This document shows, piece by piece, positions 1-12,900 of a DNA stretch of 64,000 bases (the first letter of the stretch is position 1; each line of letters starts with the position of its first letter). Below the pieces are notes generated by a model that was not told where the DNA came from, did no database searches, and saw only the letters and a program-made list of their open reading frames with translations. The position numbers were made by a program, and so were the translations under genes. The DNA comes from Heptranchias perlo (Eukaryota): assembly GCF_035084215.1 (NCBI RefSeq), contig NC_090340.1, forward strand, positions 18,972,001-19,036,000, given 5' to 3'.

Positions 1-320
1 CTCTTCAGCATCAGCAGTGTGTTTCCTATTGGGTTTCCACATAATAAATTCAGAAGATTGTACCTATACATTTAATGCCCCAATCCTCCATTTTGTAATG
101 GAAGGAGCAGGGACTGTTGCATTACTTTTTAGGTCTTGCATGTATGAGTTCACTTACAGACTGGGACGACTTGCTTTATTGGGCTTCTTGATTTAGTCTG
201 TTCATTTAACTCACTAAGTGCCAATCCAAATTTAGTTGTGGTTCCTCTATTTCAGCTCAATGATGAAGGAGGTTGCATACTTGTTGCATTTAATTGCGAT
301 TTGTTTTGGGTTTTTTTTAG

Positions 321-514
321 GTATAATGCCTGGCCGATATAACCAGGATGTGGGACAGACTATTCCAGTCTTTGCTTTCCTCGGTGCTATGGTGGTCCTG
401 GCGTTCTTTGTGGTACAAATGAAGTCTAAGAGCAAGCCAAAGAGACGGAAGCCACGGGTCAAACGCCCTCTACTACTTCAGCAGGTGCACCCACCAAAGA
501 CACCCTCGGTGTGA
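321..514 (+). CDS. MBTPS1: Last coding exon of membrane-bound transcription factor site-1 protease (TM helix and basic cytosolic tail)
   Basis: After acceptor tttttttag (ends 320) it reads [64 protein letters not shown], which I recognise as nearly identical to the vertebrate S1P/SKI-1 C-terminus. Confidence 0.96.
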
Positions 515-1117
515 TTGGGCCAGTGGGCAATGGCTAATCAAGACACATCCACTAAGGGCAGAGAATTGTGCCGTCAGCTGCTCCAAATGAGCATAGTGTG
601 TTGTAAAAATACCCACTAAAGACACTTGATTAGATCGCTGACATGTTTGACACAGCTACATTTAAAGACATTGTGATTTTAGCTGAGTTGAGAAGACCTT
701 TTTAAGGCAACCATAACTACCCAAAACATTGTGTTTGGTTGCCTTATATTTATATTTCGATGGGAACAGAATTGGTCTAAACAAATCAGCCAGTACAGAC
801 ATTGGGACCTCTTTCTTCAATTCTTGGTTTTATTTTATTGTCATCATGTAGAACACTCGTTTTGTTACAAGGTCATTTATTGGTGGGAAATGTATTTTGT
901 AACGTGAATCTGCGACCTTGCCATGCTTAAGTAAAGAATGAATTACTGATTCGGATAATGTGGACAGTGGCACCTGGCAAGAATAATGGATTGAGAGGGA
1001 ACTGCACCAAGGGGCTCTGTGCTTGAATTGACTTATTTTTATAAAATGGAAACTACCATAACTCACTGTAAATATTTAAGATGGCAGTTTGCAACCTATT
1101 TTCGCCATTGTCGGTGG

Positions 1118-1123
1118 AATAAA
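1118..1123 (+). terminator. Probable polyadenylation signal of MBTPS1
   Basis: AATAAA about 600 nt after the stop codon, in an AT-rich 3' UTR. Confidence 0.6.
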
Positions 1124-1942
1124 TTTACAGCTCTGCAAGTACACAATGTCTGAAAAGTTGATTATATTCTTGGCCATTCTGATTGCTTTCAAGTTGCACA
1201 AAGGGAATTGGACCAAGCATGTCGCACGTTAACACAGGTGTGTGCGCTAGCGTGATAGTTGGGAGTTCAAAAAATCCTTTCGCAAAGTGCATGTGCAGGT
1301 TATCCTGGAAGTTTGGTCACTGACCATCTTTTGCTTGTGCGACCAGAGCTTTCTATACTTGTGGAATGAAGATGGGTAACCTTGTGTTGATGCACTTTCT
1401 AATGGTGAGCTGTAATTTAATCTCCTGGTTCATGGTGGCATGAGCCATAAGAACAAATGTCCAGTAGCTAGTAGATCCAATATGAGTCGACATCCTGGCC
1501 TTCCTACTGTTGACCCTTTTTCAGTGAAAGTCAGAACAGTGCTGGGGATTTGGGGCTGTTTTACCATTTTTTTTTTTTACCTTTTCCCGCAGTGTGAAAC
1601 TGCTATGATTTCGTTTTCATATTACAAATGTGGTGGAAGCAATAATATTTAGTATGTAGACAGGACTGGGTGAGAGGGAGTCCCTGAATATTGGCAGCAA
1701 AAGGGATGGAGGGAAAGGACAGAGTAAGTGAAGATGGCCATGTGGTGCTGAGGTTTCTCTTCCAGGTGAAAACTGGTTCTCTTTGCCCGCTTAACAGGTT
1801 CTGTTGTTTGATAACAAAATTGAGAAAAGAATGAAGCTAACACTTCTCATTCCAGTGCCACTCCCTCATTGCTCATGTTGCCTGCAGTTAGCCTTTAAGT
1901 CCCTAGCCTCAGTTGCAGTAGTATTGCAGTACTGGCTGTCTT

Positions 1943-1956
1943 CCACTAGAGGTCAC
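1943..1956 (+). promoter_or_regulatory. CTCF-like motif
   Basis: CCACTAGAGGTCAC resembles the CTCF core; TGCAGT lies upstream at 1925-1930. Confidence 0.3.
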
Positions 1957-2749
1957 TTTGTGGGCCATGTTGCTGTATTTGCAAGCAGCAGAGACATTCA
2001 GTGGCAGAAATCAGGTATGGCAATAGTTTTTAAAAAAAAAGTCAAGTAAAATTAGAATTTTGTTTCTAATTTGAGCTAATTTACCTTGTAAAATCCCTTC
2101 GTTCACGTTATCAGTTGTAAAATCCCCAAATATAGTGATGCTACTCAATTTCTGGGAATGCTTTATTACTGTAGCATAGGTTTATTCAGTTGATAACACT
2201 TGCCTTTGCTGACCTTGAGGTCATTAAACTTATGACACTGTAAGGGGTCCTCAGCCACTGCCATCTCCCCTCACCTATCTACCTTTGGCTTCATCCCAGC
2301 TATTCACACAGTAGTACCCCTCCTTTCTCCAATTTCTGACAACAAAACTTCAATATTGGTCTCAGAAAAAAATTTGATTCCTGGCTTCTTGTCTTGGAGC
2401 TGCCATTTCATTCCCACTTCCCAGAGTCTGCTCATCCCTTTAAATCGATGCTGTCCTTTCAAAATAGATTAGTTGCACATCTGCCTAATCCAGAACATTT
2501 CGCCCCACCAGGCGTACCTGGCCTGCTGCTGGCAGGACTCATGTCCGTGTCTGGCCCACCATTATAGAAATTAGCTGACCTTGGGATTTCTGTCCTTGGA
2601 TATCACCAGGCACAATTCCCACCATGACTCACTTTCACCAACGCACATCGGGGACCCTGGAATTTCGGAGCCAGTGGGGTCACCAGCATCTGAAAAGAAA
2701 GTAAGTAGATTAATATTTTGGGTAGAGGCTCTACCTTACTTCAGACTGT

Positions 2750-3140
2750 CCAGCAATGCCTCTATTTTAAAATTGTCATCCTTGTTTTTAAATCCCTCCA
2801 TGGCCTTGCCCCTCCTTATCTATGTAACCTCCTACAACCCTCTGAGATCTATGTTCCTCCGATTCTGGTCCCTTGCGCATCCCTGACTTTCATTGCTCCA
2901 CCGTTGGCGGCCACGCCTTCAGCTGCCTAGACCCTAAACTCTGGAATTCCCTCTCTAGACCTCACCGCCTCTCTACCCTCCTTTTAAGACGCTCTTTATA
3001 ACCTACCTCTTTGACCAAGCTTTTGGTCACCTGACCTAATATATCTGTGGCTTGGTTTCAAATTTTGTCTGATAACGCTCCTGTGAAGCATCTGGAGATG
3101 TTTTACAACGTTAAAGGCACTGCATAAATGCAAATTGTTT
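2750..3140 (+). mobile_element. L2-clade LINE 3' fragment
   Basis: FKIVILVFKSLHGLAPPYL-type ORF2 end followed by the ...ataaatgcaa tail; similar to 29965-30710 and 48121-48856. Confidence 0.8.
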
Positions 3141-3629
3141 TATTGACACTTGGTTTTGTCATTTTCTCTGATCTCAACTAGAGCTTCTATATCTCCTCCA
3201 TTACGAAAGCTGCCTCCAGGGTTGGTTTCCTCCTTCATGTTAAATATTTCAGTACTAATTGTCAAACAGGAGTAGACCTCCTAGCTTCCCACAAATTTAC
3301 CTTGATGCATTTCCTAATCTAGCCCTGGACTCTAATTGTTGACAGGAACTTGACCCTTTTTGAACCCCATCATAGTTTCCTGTCCCACTGCCCTTGCTGT
3401 TTGTCCATTTCACATGCTTATTCTTTTACTGAAAAAAAAGGCTGAATTTCCATTTTCTGTAATTGTCCTTAATTTGAAACTTTGATCCTTTCTTGTTGCA
3501 TTTCATACAAGCCATAGACTTTTTCTGAATCCCGTATATTCTTAAATATGTACTAGAAAATCACCCATGGTCACTTTTTTCAAGAGTGAATAGTCCCCAG
3601 GTAGCTAACCTCTGACTAACCTTTTAGAA

Positions 3630-3727
3630 GGATGAAATAGGGTGGGAGGAGGCTCGAGTGGAGCACAAACACCAGCATAGACCAGTTGGGCCAAATGGCC
3701 TGTTTCTGTGCTGTAAATTCTATGTAA
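3630..3727 (+). mobile_element. CR1-type LINE/SINE 3' end fragment
   Basis: ggaggaggctcg...gggccaaatggcctgtttctgtgctgtaaattctatg tail. Confidence 0.7.
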
Positions 3728-5501
3728 TAAAAATTAAAACTCCCTAATCTTTTTATACATTTTAAATATTGAGAATTATTTCTACCCCCAACATTTCCTT
3801 CAGCTGAGACTCTCATCTTCAAAATGAGTGTTCTCTGATTGGGTGAATAGCAATTCTGACAGCTGTTGACAATGAATGACTATATGCAGATTTGACCTGA
3901 TTGTGTCGTTAGAATGCCCAGATTATCGGCGTCTTTTATAGTTAATTAATTGGGTAAGTAAAGTGGAGTGGGATGCACTACAGTTTGTGGAGAAATTGGC
4001 TGTCAGCAGTGAAGGGGTCATAACTGAGCAGTGTCCAGATCTTTTCTCTTGGGCCATTTTGGTGCAAACCGTGGAGCCCCACATCTAAAGTTTAAACGAA
4101 TATTCCCATTAATTTGCATATATCCTAAGCTGCTGATGGGAACAGATCTGGGTGTTCAGCTGCAGAATGCATGAAAGAAAAAAGTTTAAAATTTGCTCCC
4201 AATTTTTTTTTTGATCTCAACCCTCTGATCCATTGCTAGCTCGTACCACATTCCTGAGTATCTGACATTCAAAGCTTTTCGTTACTGACGGCCCAAGTTT
4301 TTCTTAGTTGAGAGTTATCTAACCTAGACCTCCATGCCAAAAACCTTTCTAACAGTTCCCCATATTCCATGTAGAATTTTATGTCTGGTAAGGTATAGCT
4401 ATCAGAAGTTGTTTATCTGGACGTAACTGGTTTGCAACAATAAAATTAACCCCAAAAATACCGAGAGTTGAGGTAAGCACAGCTTAAAAGAACCATAAAT
4501 GTGACCGTTTCGCTATTTGGAGATTCTGTTGTCAAAGAACAGTAAAGGAGTTTTGTGCTCTGGATTTTAATTTTGTTGCATGGGTTTGGAATTTCATTCT
4601 CTCAATGTATACTGAATGCCACAAATTTGTCTGCATTTGCAATACTTATTTAATGGGTCTGCACAAAGTGTTCTGCAACACTGTACTGAAACTTTCCCGT
4701 TGTTCATCCTGCACTCTGCTGCTTATATTTCTTTGCTGGTTTTCTCTTGTTTTGAATATTGTAATGATTTGGTTTGGAGCTTGTTCCCCTTTCAATGTGG
4801 ACATGTTCACCAGTGAGGAAGCAATGCTGAGATCAAACTATTCCAATCCAACAGACCCACAAGATTCAAACTGGAAGAAGTGGAGTAAGGAATATAAGCC
4901 CAAATAGAAACCACATTTAATGGGATGCATATCAGAGCTCACGGGCCATAATTTGGACACCACAATGATAAAAGAACTCAACTAAGCCACTTGGGGTTTG
5001 CAAAGCAATAGGCCCAGATGGAGTAAAAGCATATTGAACACACAGGGGTAACGGGTGGGTGCCTGTTTTACAAAATTCATTGGGCAAATGGGTGATTACG
5101 AAATATGTTCTAACTTGAAGTAAAAGGGAGAAAATTCCTGGGAATTGAGTCTTTAAGTAGTAATTGGCTATATAGGAAAAGGGAATAGAATTTGATAGTT
5201 ATGGTTCTAAATGGACAGATTAATCCACCAGGAATCAGCTGAGATCCCCTACTATTCATAAGGTTGGCCCACGACATTAACATACCAGGAATGCCGAGGC
5301 AGAAGAGAAAGTTGGGTGAGAAATATTTGGAGACCTGCCAACACTTAGCAACTAAATAGATAAACATTAAATGGCATTTAATTTTTGGGAAAGATAGTGA
5401 TTACACAGTGAAGGCCTTTTTCTAACTTTCAGCACTCCAAACACTTGTTCAAATAGCATCCAGTGATCAGAGAAGTGCCTGGAATTTACAACTTAAGTAT
5501 T

Positions 5502-5515
5502 GTTTCCATGGCAAC
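5502..5515. promoter_or_regulatory. RFX X-box
   Basis: GTTTCCATGGCAAC, one mismatch from the palindromic RFX site, about 80 bp upstream of candidate exon 5594-5713. Confidence 0.45.
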
Positions 5516-5663
5516 ATTCCTTCACATTTAGCATTCAACAATTTTATTATCTGTATTTTGCAACATCACTAATCTTGAGATTTATTTCCACAGCCTGAAT
5601 AGTTTATTTTTAATTGAGACACTTGGTGTAGCATGAAGGGCCATAATACAGGATGGCTGTCAC

Positions 5664-5713
5664 ATGGCAGATCTGAAATATAGGAGGACGTCTAAAAGAC
5701 ACCAGAAACCCAG
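5664..5713 (+). CDS. Candidate first coding exon of the RBR-like E3 ligase gene (MADLKYRRTSKRHQKP)
   Basis: Acceptor tttatttccacag ends at 5593; first in-frame ATG at 5664; strong donor CAG|GTAAGT; ends in phase 2, matching exon 6797. Confidence 0.5.
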
Positions 5714-6135
5714 GTAAGTACCTATAAGTGTTACTTCAAAATAGCATAGCAATAGGAAAGCGGTCTCTGTGTTTGGATCGGTGTTGCCAGGTTGTGTTGC
5801 AACAGCTGCTAAGACAATTAGAATGTTGCAGCTTCTAAGCAGATTTGTATTTCCTCAATCCAGGCAGCATCCTAGTAAATCTGTGTTGTACCCTCACTAA
5901 AGCTTCAATATTGTTCCTATAATGAGGAGCCCAATGCTTCACGTGTTACTCAAAGGTCTTAAGGGTTTATATAGGTTCATAATTACTTCTTCGCTTTTAA
6001 TTCTATACGTTTTGTGATGAAACCTAGAATTCCTTTAGCTTTTTTCAGTCTTGTCAACTTGAGGTACTATCCTAATGTCCTGTGAACGTGTACTTCAAAA
6101 TCTTTCTGCTCTTCCATAGCACTGAGCTTATATCT

Positions 6136-6557
6136 TGGCTCAGAGGTAGCACTCTTGCCTCAGTCAGAAGGTTGTGGGTTCAAGCCCCACTCGAAACTTG
6201 AGCACATAATCTAGGTTGACACTTCAGTGCAGTATTGAGGGAGTGCTGCATTGTCGGAGGTGCTGTCTTTTGGATGAGACACTGAATCGAGGGTCCCTTC
6301 TGCCCTCTCAGATGGACGTAAAAGATCCCATGGCACTATTCAAAGAAGAGCTGGGGAATTCTCTGTCCTGGCAACATTTATCCCTCAACCAATATCACTA
6401 ACGCAGATTATCTGGTCACTTATCTCCTTGCTGTACGCAAATTGGCTGCTGCATTTCCCTATGTTACAACAATTGCACATCAAAAGTAGTTCATTGGCTG
6501 TAAAGCACTTTGTGACGTTCTGAGGTAGTGAAAGGCATTGTATAAATGCAAGTTTCT
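6136..6557 (+). mobile_element. tRNA-derived SINE with L2-type tail (SacSINE1/DeuSINE-like)
   Basis: A box TGGCTCAGAGG, B box GGTTCAAGCCC, 3' tail tataaatgcaagtttc. Confidence 0.85.
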
Positions 6558-6796
6558 TGTATACTGAAAGGCAAATGAACATCTCAATTACTGTGGGTCA
6601 GCAACCATTTACAGTTTTATCAATTACAATGTTTGTCCACACAAATGCACCTGACATTGTAATAAAGCTCAAAATATATCTTTCAGCCCATCTGTAGCCA
6701 ACCAAATTGAATAAAATGACCTGTAAGCAGCGAGGTATCAAGACATGTTTCCCGTGCAATTCGTTAGAAGCCAGTGCTACTGGTGTGTGTGTACAG

Positions 6797-7098
6797 TGGA
6801 AATTTCAAGCAAAGGGAGCCCATAAATATTGATTTGTTAGCTGACGATCTGTGGCATTGCACGTGTGGGAATCAAGACCTAGTTCAGTCTTCAGGTCAAG
6901 CGAATTTAGAGAGCAAGGATAATTGGACCAGGGCAAGAGAGGACTGCAATGCAGGAGGCCAGAGTGGAAAAGTACAGCAGGATGTTGGTAAGAGGGAAAG
7001 TAGAGTGGTGGAGAGAGGGGGAAAAGGGAAGGAGAGATTGATGGCTGGTGCGGAAGAGGCCATCTATGCCTTAACTAATTTGTGTCTCTACCGTTCAG
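6797..7098 (+). CDS. Candidate second coding exon of the RBR-like gene (charged, low-complexity N-terminal region)
   Basis: 302 nt open (part of ORF 6774-7121); acceptor (tg)n-tacag and donor CAG|GTACGC; phases 2/1 bridge exon 5664-5713 to exon 18257. Confidence 0.5.
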
Positions 7099-8559
7099 GT
7101 ACGCCATTTAAAAATAAATAATATTTATTAATACTTGATGTATGGTAAGAAGCTTGGACATTTAAAAATAAATTTTATATTTATTCATGAGTCATTAGGA
7201 ATTAAAAGGATGGCAGACCGGCCAACCAGCGGGTGTGGGAAGCAATAGGAACTGACAATAGCCTCACGCCAACCACTCAGCCCTGATAAGTCCAGAAGTG
7301 GGAATGGTGGCTGATGTTCCCTTCACACCACCTTCAATGGCACAGCCTTCAGCTGTCTGAGCCTATAGTTTGGAATGCTCGTCCTAAACAGTCAGCATGC
7401 TACCTTTTTTTAGAAGCGCCCTTAAAATCTACCTCTTCGATCTTGCGTTTGGCCTTTACCCCAATGCTTCTCCCACTATTGCTCTGTGTCCAGTTATTTT
7501 TTCCACCTCTGGCAAGTTTTATTTTGATAAATGTGCTATTAAAGTACAAGATGTGAATTGTAGCACTCTCAGTGCTAAGATCAACTAACTCAGCACTGCC
7601 GAGGAATCAAACCTGGGACCTCCCTCTGTTCCATGCTTTCTTTACCAAATGAGCCATCGGGGAGTTCTTTAAAGATTTATAAGCAAATTTTAAAAAAATG
7701 ACGCTGATTGCAAACCTGTTTAAACGTACAGAAATGTGCATTTTGAGGCATGATCTTCATTTAAAATATGCTTCTAAATCACTCTCCATGATAAAAGTGT
7801 AACACCACTCACTGAAAGAGAATCCAGTGAGTGGATAAGTGCCTCGCACTTGTGGATTATTTCCATGGTAACATTCTTTGACATAAAGCACTCAAGGCAA
7901 TTTTGTTCTACAATATATTTGTTATACCATCAAAGTGAAAGTAGCTGCATTGTTCTCCCCGGTTAAACAGATTACAGACAGTAATAAGACTTGAGGGTTG
8001 AGTTTCTGCTTTGGGTGAAATTGGGAAATCATGCCCAAAATATGCTTGAAATTGTGATAGCTAGGTTAGGCTCCAAGTTTATACTAAAATTAATTTGTAT
8101 AATCACAAACATAAGATCTTATGAACCAGCGCAATCGGACAGCTTAAAAGAACGTAATCGTTTATTTTCTTTTCCTTTCCATTGATAGGTATTCCTTGAT
8201 GTATTTGAGTGGTAACCAGGTGCAGGTTTATTAATACAGCTGAAAATGGGCTGTACCAGCTTTTTAATAAGGGTGTCCAATCCTCCACCCGTGAGTAACC
8301 TGATTTTAAAAATACTGAAAATGACTTTTTAAAAAAAAACTATACTGAACAATTTAATAGTTTCATTGGTGTACAATAGTCAGTTTCTTAGTAATTAAAT
8401 ATTTTTTGATTATGAAAGAACTTTTAAAATGTGCCGACTAGTGTCTGTGTGCCTAAGGAAATGAGTGCAATTTGATGAGGTTTCCTGAACCAGCGCAATT
8501 GGTGGAATCTCGCAATTTTGACCTGGGGACGAGGCCAGTTTTGTGAGCAGAGCCTGATT

Positions 8560-9971
8560 CGGGCAAATTGAATCTTGAACCAGTGTAAAAGATGACTAAA
8601 GATATACGGAGCGAAATTGGGCTGTTTAGCGCCTGTTTTTCAGGCGCTAGGTGGCCAGCTAAGCCTCGAATGGGGTCAGAGATGCGTATGCACATTCCAA
8701 CGGGAAGTGCGCAGGCCGCCGTCTTGGTAAAGGGGTTTGCGCGCACGCCGAACGACCACCAGCGTGGTCTGCACTTATGATGCGAATCAGGGTGCAAAGC
8801 TGATTTAAGGGGACCGCTGTTATTTTGGAACTCCACACTCCATCGAACACACTGTCTTAACCTCGCACAGCTGAACGTTACTTAAAGGGCCTGAAGGACC
8901 CCATCCCCACCAACGCTATTTAAAGGGATCATGCAGGAGTTACAGGTTAGTTGCTGGATTATTTCTTCTGTCTGCTGGTGCATTTGTACATGTTTTTGGA
9001 GGTTCCCTATACTTGGATAAAGTTTCAATACTCTACAGGGAGTGGGTTGGCTGGCTGAAGGGCAACAGCAAGGGCACTGGTGGAGTGGCAGGGGTGGGAG
9101 TGGGAATGCTGTCATCCTGAGACAGGACAGCAGGTTCGTGTACCATGGAGTCAATGCCACTTGCTGCCTGCTGTTGTGCGCTACCTTTTCCTGCAAGAAA
9201 GAGGGAAGTGTGTCAGTGAGTGTCCTGCAAGATGTTTGAGTGATGTGGCTGTCATGGTTGAATAGCTGCCAGTGTGTGTGGCTTGCAACAGTGTGTGCAG
9301 GTGAGATAAAGCTTATGATTTGAACAGTTGAGTAGGTGGGTTATGGAGATGTGGTGCATTGAGCAGTGGATGAGGCTAGTGCTGCAATTGGTACGAAGCT
9401 TGAACTCATTCACCTTGACAATTCGTTTTACATCATTGAACTTCTTCCTGCACTGCATTTGTATTCTTGGAGCTTTGCTCCTGGCATTTACCTCCTCCCC
9501 TACTCCTTCCCACTGCCTCTTCAGCATTTGTCTGGAGGGCTTCCTGCTCTTCCCAACAACTCCGTGGATACAGGATGCCCCTCCTTTTCATCACCTCTTG
9601 CACCAAGGTCTCCAGTGGATTATCAGAGAACCTTGGTGCATGCTCTCTCCCAGGCACAGTTATTCTTCAAAGTATCACGGCATAGATTCAGTTTTGAAAC
9701 GACTCCCACCACTTCTTGCAGCCACAATGCACCTCCCCTTTAAGAAGTGCAGGCTACCTTTAAGCAGCGCGAGCCACTCGTGATATCGGGGCCCTCTGCT
9801 GATGCGTGCAGCAAATCAACAGCGCAGGTAGAGCTGGTTGCTCGCAGCAGTCATTTAAAACAGCAGGCAGCACAAATGTAACATACTGCGTGCATCACTA
9901 TGAACGGTCGCAGGTTAATTGCACACTGCACTCCCTGTGCCTGTTTTCAGGGGTTATCTAGTTTAACCCCC
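8560..9971 (-). mobile_element. Decayed PIF/Harbinger-type element with Myb/SANT-like ORF remnant
   Basis: Frameshifted peptides EHAPRFSDNPLETLVQEV...LYP and QWEGVGEEVNARS...QCRKKFND, typical of Harbinger Myb/SANT-like proteins; ends approximate. Confidence 0.7.
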
Positions 9972-9974
9972 ACA

Positions 9975-12900
9975 GAGATTAAAATGAAACAGAAAAAGAA
10001 GGCTTATGACAAATGTACGGTTCATAATACAGAAAGTACAGAGGAGATTTTAAAAAAGGAAATGAGGGGCAAAGAGAGTACGAGAATAGATTAGCGGCTA
10101 ACATAAAAGGGATCCCAAAGTCTCTTATAAACACAAATAGTAAAAAGGTAGTCAAAGGAAAGGTGGGACCGATGAGGGACTAAAAGATGATCTTGTGTAG
10201 GCAAAGGGCATGGCTAAGGTATTAAATGAATATTTTGCATTGGTATTCACTAGAGAAGAGGATGCTGCCATTGTAGCAGTAAAGGAGGAAGTAGTAGCGA
10301 CATTGGATAGGATAAAAATAAATAAAGGTACTTAAAAGAATGGCAGCACTCAAAGTAGAAAAGTCACCCTGTCTAGATGGGATGTATCCTAGGTTGCTGA
10401 GAGAGGTAAGGGTGGAAATTGTGGAGGCTCTGACCACAATCTTCTAATCCTCCTTGGACATGGGGATGGTGCCAGAGGACTGCAAATGTTAAAACCCTGT
10501 TCAAAAAAGGGGAGAATGATAAACCCGGCAATTACAGGCCAGTCAGCCTAACGTCAGTGGTGGGGAAACTTTGAGGCAATAATCCAGGACAAAATTAATT
10601 GGCATTTGGAAAGCTATGGGCTAATAGATAAGTCTGCACGGATTTGTTGAAGGAAAATAGTGATTGACTAACTTGATTGAGTTCTTTGATATGTATATGT
10701 ACTTTCAAAAGGCATTTGATAAGGTACCACATAATAGACTTGTTAGCAAAATTAAAGCCCATGGGATTAAAGGGACAGTGGCAGTGTGGATACAAAATTG
10801 GCTAAGGGACAGAAAACGGAAGTGGTGAACATTTGTTTTTCAGACTGGAGGGAAGTATATAGTGGTGTTCCCCAGGGGTCGGTATTAGGACCACTGCTCT
10901 TTTTGATATATATTAATGACCTGGACTTGGGTATAAAAGGGTATAATTTCAAAGTTTGCAGTTAACACGAAACTCGGAAATGTAGTAAACAATGTGGAGG
11001 ATAGTAACAGACTTCAGGAGGACATAGACAGCCTAGTGACATGGCAGATGAAATTTAAAGCAAAGAACTGTGAAGTGATACATTTTGGTGGGAAGAATGA
11101 GGAAAGACAATATAAACTAAATGGTACAATTTTAAAGGGAGTGCAGAAGCAGAGACCTGGTGGTGTATGTACACATCTTTGAAGGTGGCAGGACAAGTCG
11201 AGAAGGCTGTTGAAAAGCATATGGGATCCTGGGCTTTATTAATAGAAGCAAAAAGTACAAAAGCAAGGAAGTGATGTTAAACCTTTATAAAACACTGGTT
11301 AGGCCTCAGCTGGAGTATTGTGTTTAATTCTGGGCACCACACTTTAGGAAGGATGTCAAGGGAAGAGATTTACTAGAATGGTACCAAGGCTTGGATGGAG
11401 AGAAATTTGTTGAGTGTATTCAGGAGGAATTTCTCATTCAGTATGTGGATGGCCCGACTAGAGAGGGGGCAAAACTTGACCTCCTCTTGGGAAATAAGGA
11501 AGGGCAGGTGACAGAAGTGTTAGTGAGGGATCACTTTGGGACCAGTGATCATAATTCCATTAGTTTTAAGATAGCTATGGAGAAGGATAGGTCTGGCCCA
11601 AAAGTTAAAATTCTAAATTGGGGAAAGGCCAATTTTGATGGTATTAGACAGGAACTTTCAGAAGTTGATTGGGAGAGTCTGTTGGCAGGCAAAGGGATGT
11701 CTGGTAAGTGGGAGGCTTTCAAAAGTGTGTTAACCAGGGTTCAGGGTAAGCACATTCCTTATAAAGTGAAGGGCAAGGCTGGTAGAAGTAGGGAACCTTG
11801 GATGACTCGGGAGATTGAGGCACTAGTCAAAAATAAGAAGGAGGCATATGACATGCATAGGCAGCTGGGATCAAGTGAATCCCTTGAAGAGTATAGAGAT
11901 TGCCGGAGTAGAGTTAAGAGAGAAATCAGGAGGGCAAAAAGGGGATATGAGATTGCTTTGGCAGATCAGGCAAAGGTGAATCCAAAGAGCTTCTACAAAT
12001 ACATAAAGGGCAAAAGGGTAACTAGGGAGAGAGTAGGGCCTCTTAAGGATCAACAAGGTCATCTATGTGCGGAACCACAAGAGATGGGTGAGATCCTGAA
12101 TGAATATTTCACATCGGTATTTACGGTTGAGAAAGGCATGGATGTTAGGGAACTTGGGGAAATAAATAGTGATGTCTTGAGGAGTGTACATATTACAGAG
12201 AGGGAGGTGCTGGAAGTCTTAACGCGCATCAAGGTAGATAAATCTCCGGGACCTGATGAAATGTATCCCAGGACGTTATGGGAGGTTAGGGAGGAAATTG
12301 CGGGTCCCCTAGCAGAGATATTTGAATCATCCACCGCTACAGGTGAGGTGCCTGAAGATTGGAGGGTAGCAAATGTTGTGCCTTTGTTTAAGAAGGGCGG
12401 CAGGGAAAAGCCTGGGAACTACAGACCAGTGAGCCTGACATCTGTAGTGGGTAAGTTGTTAGAGGGTATTCTGAGGGACAGGATCTACAGGCATTTGGAG
12501 AGGCAGGGACTAATTAGGAACAGTCAGCATGGTTTTGTGAGAGGAAAATCATGTCTCACGAATTTGATTGAGTTTTTTGAAGGGGTAACCAAGAAGATAG
12601 ATGAGGGCTGTGCAGTAGACGTGGTCTACATGGACTTCAGCAAAGCATTTGACAAGGTACCGCATGGTAGGTTGTTACATAAGGTTAAATCTCATGGGAT
12701 CCAAGGTGAGGTAGCCAATTGGATACAAAATTGGCTTGACGACAGAAGACAGAGGGTGGTTGTCGAGGGTTGTTTTTCAAACTGGATGCCTGTGTCCAGC
12801 GGTGTGCCTCAGGGATCGGTGCTGGGTCCGCTGTTATTTGTTATTTATATTAATGATTTGGATGAGAATTTAGGAGGCATGGTTAGTAAGTTTGCAGATG

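Noticed and set aside
236-320. N-terminal part of ORF 236-514
   Set aside because: Intronic read-through upstream of the MBTPS1 acceptor
6136-6200. tRNA gene
   Set aside because: The A/B boxes belong to a SINE head followed by SINE body and L2 tail; no full cloverleaf
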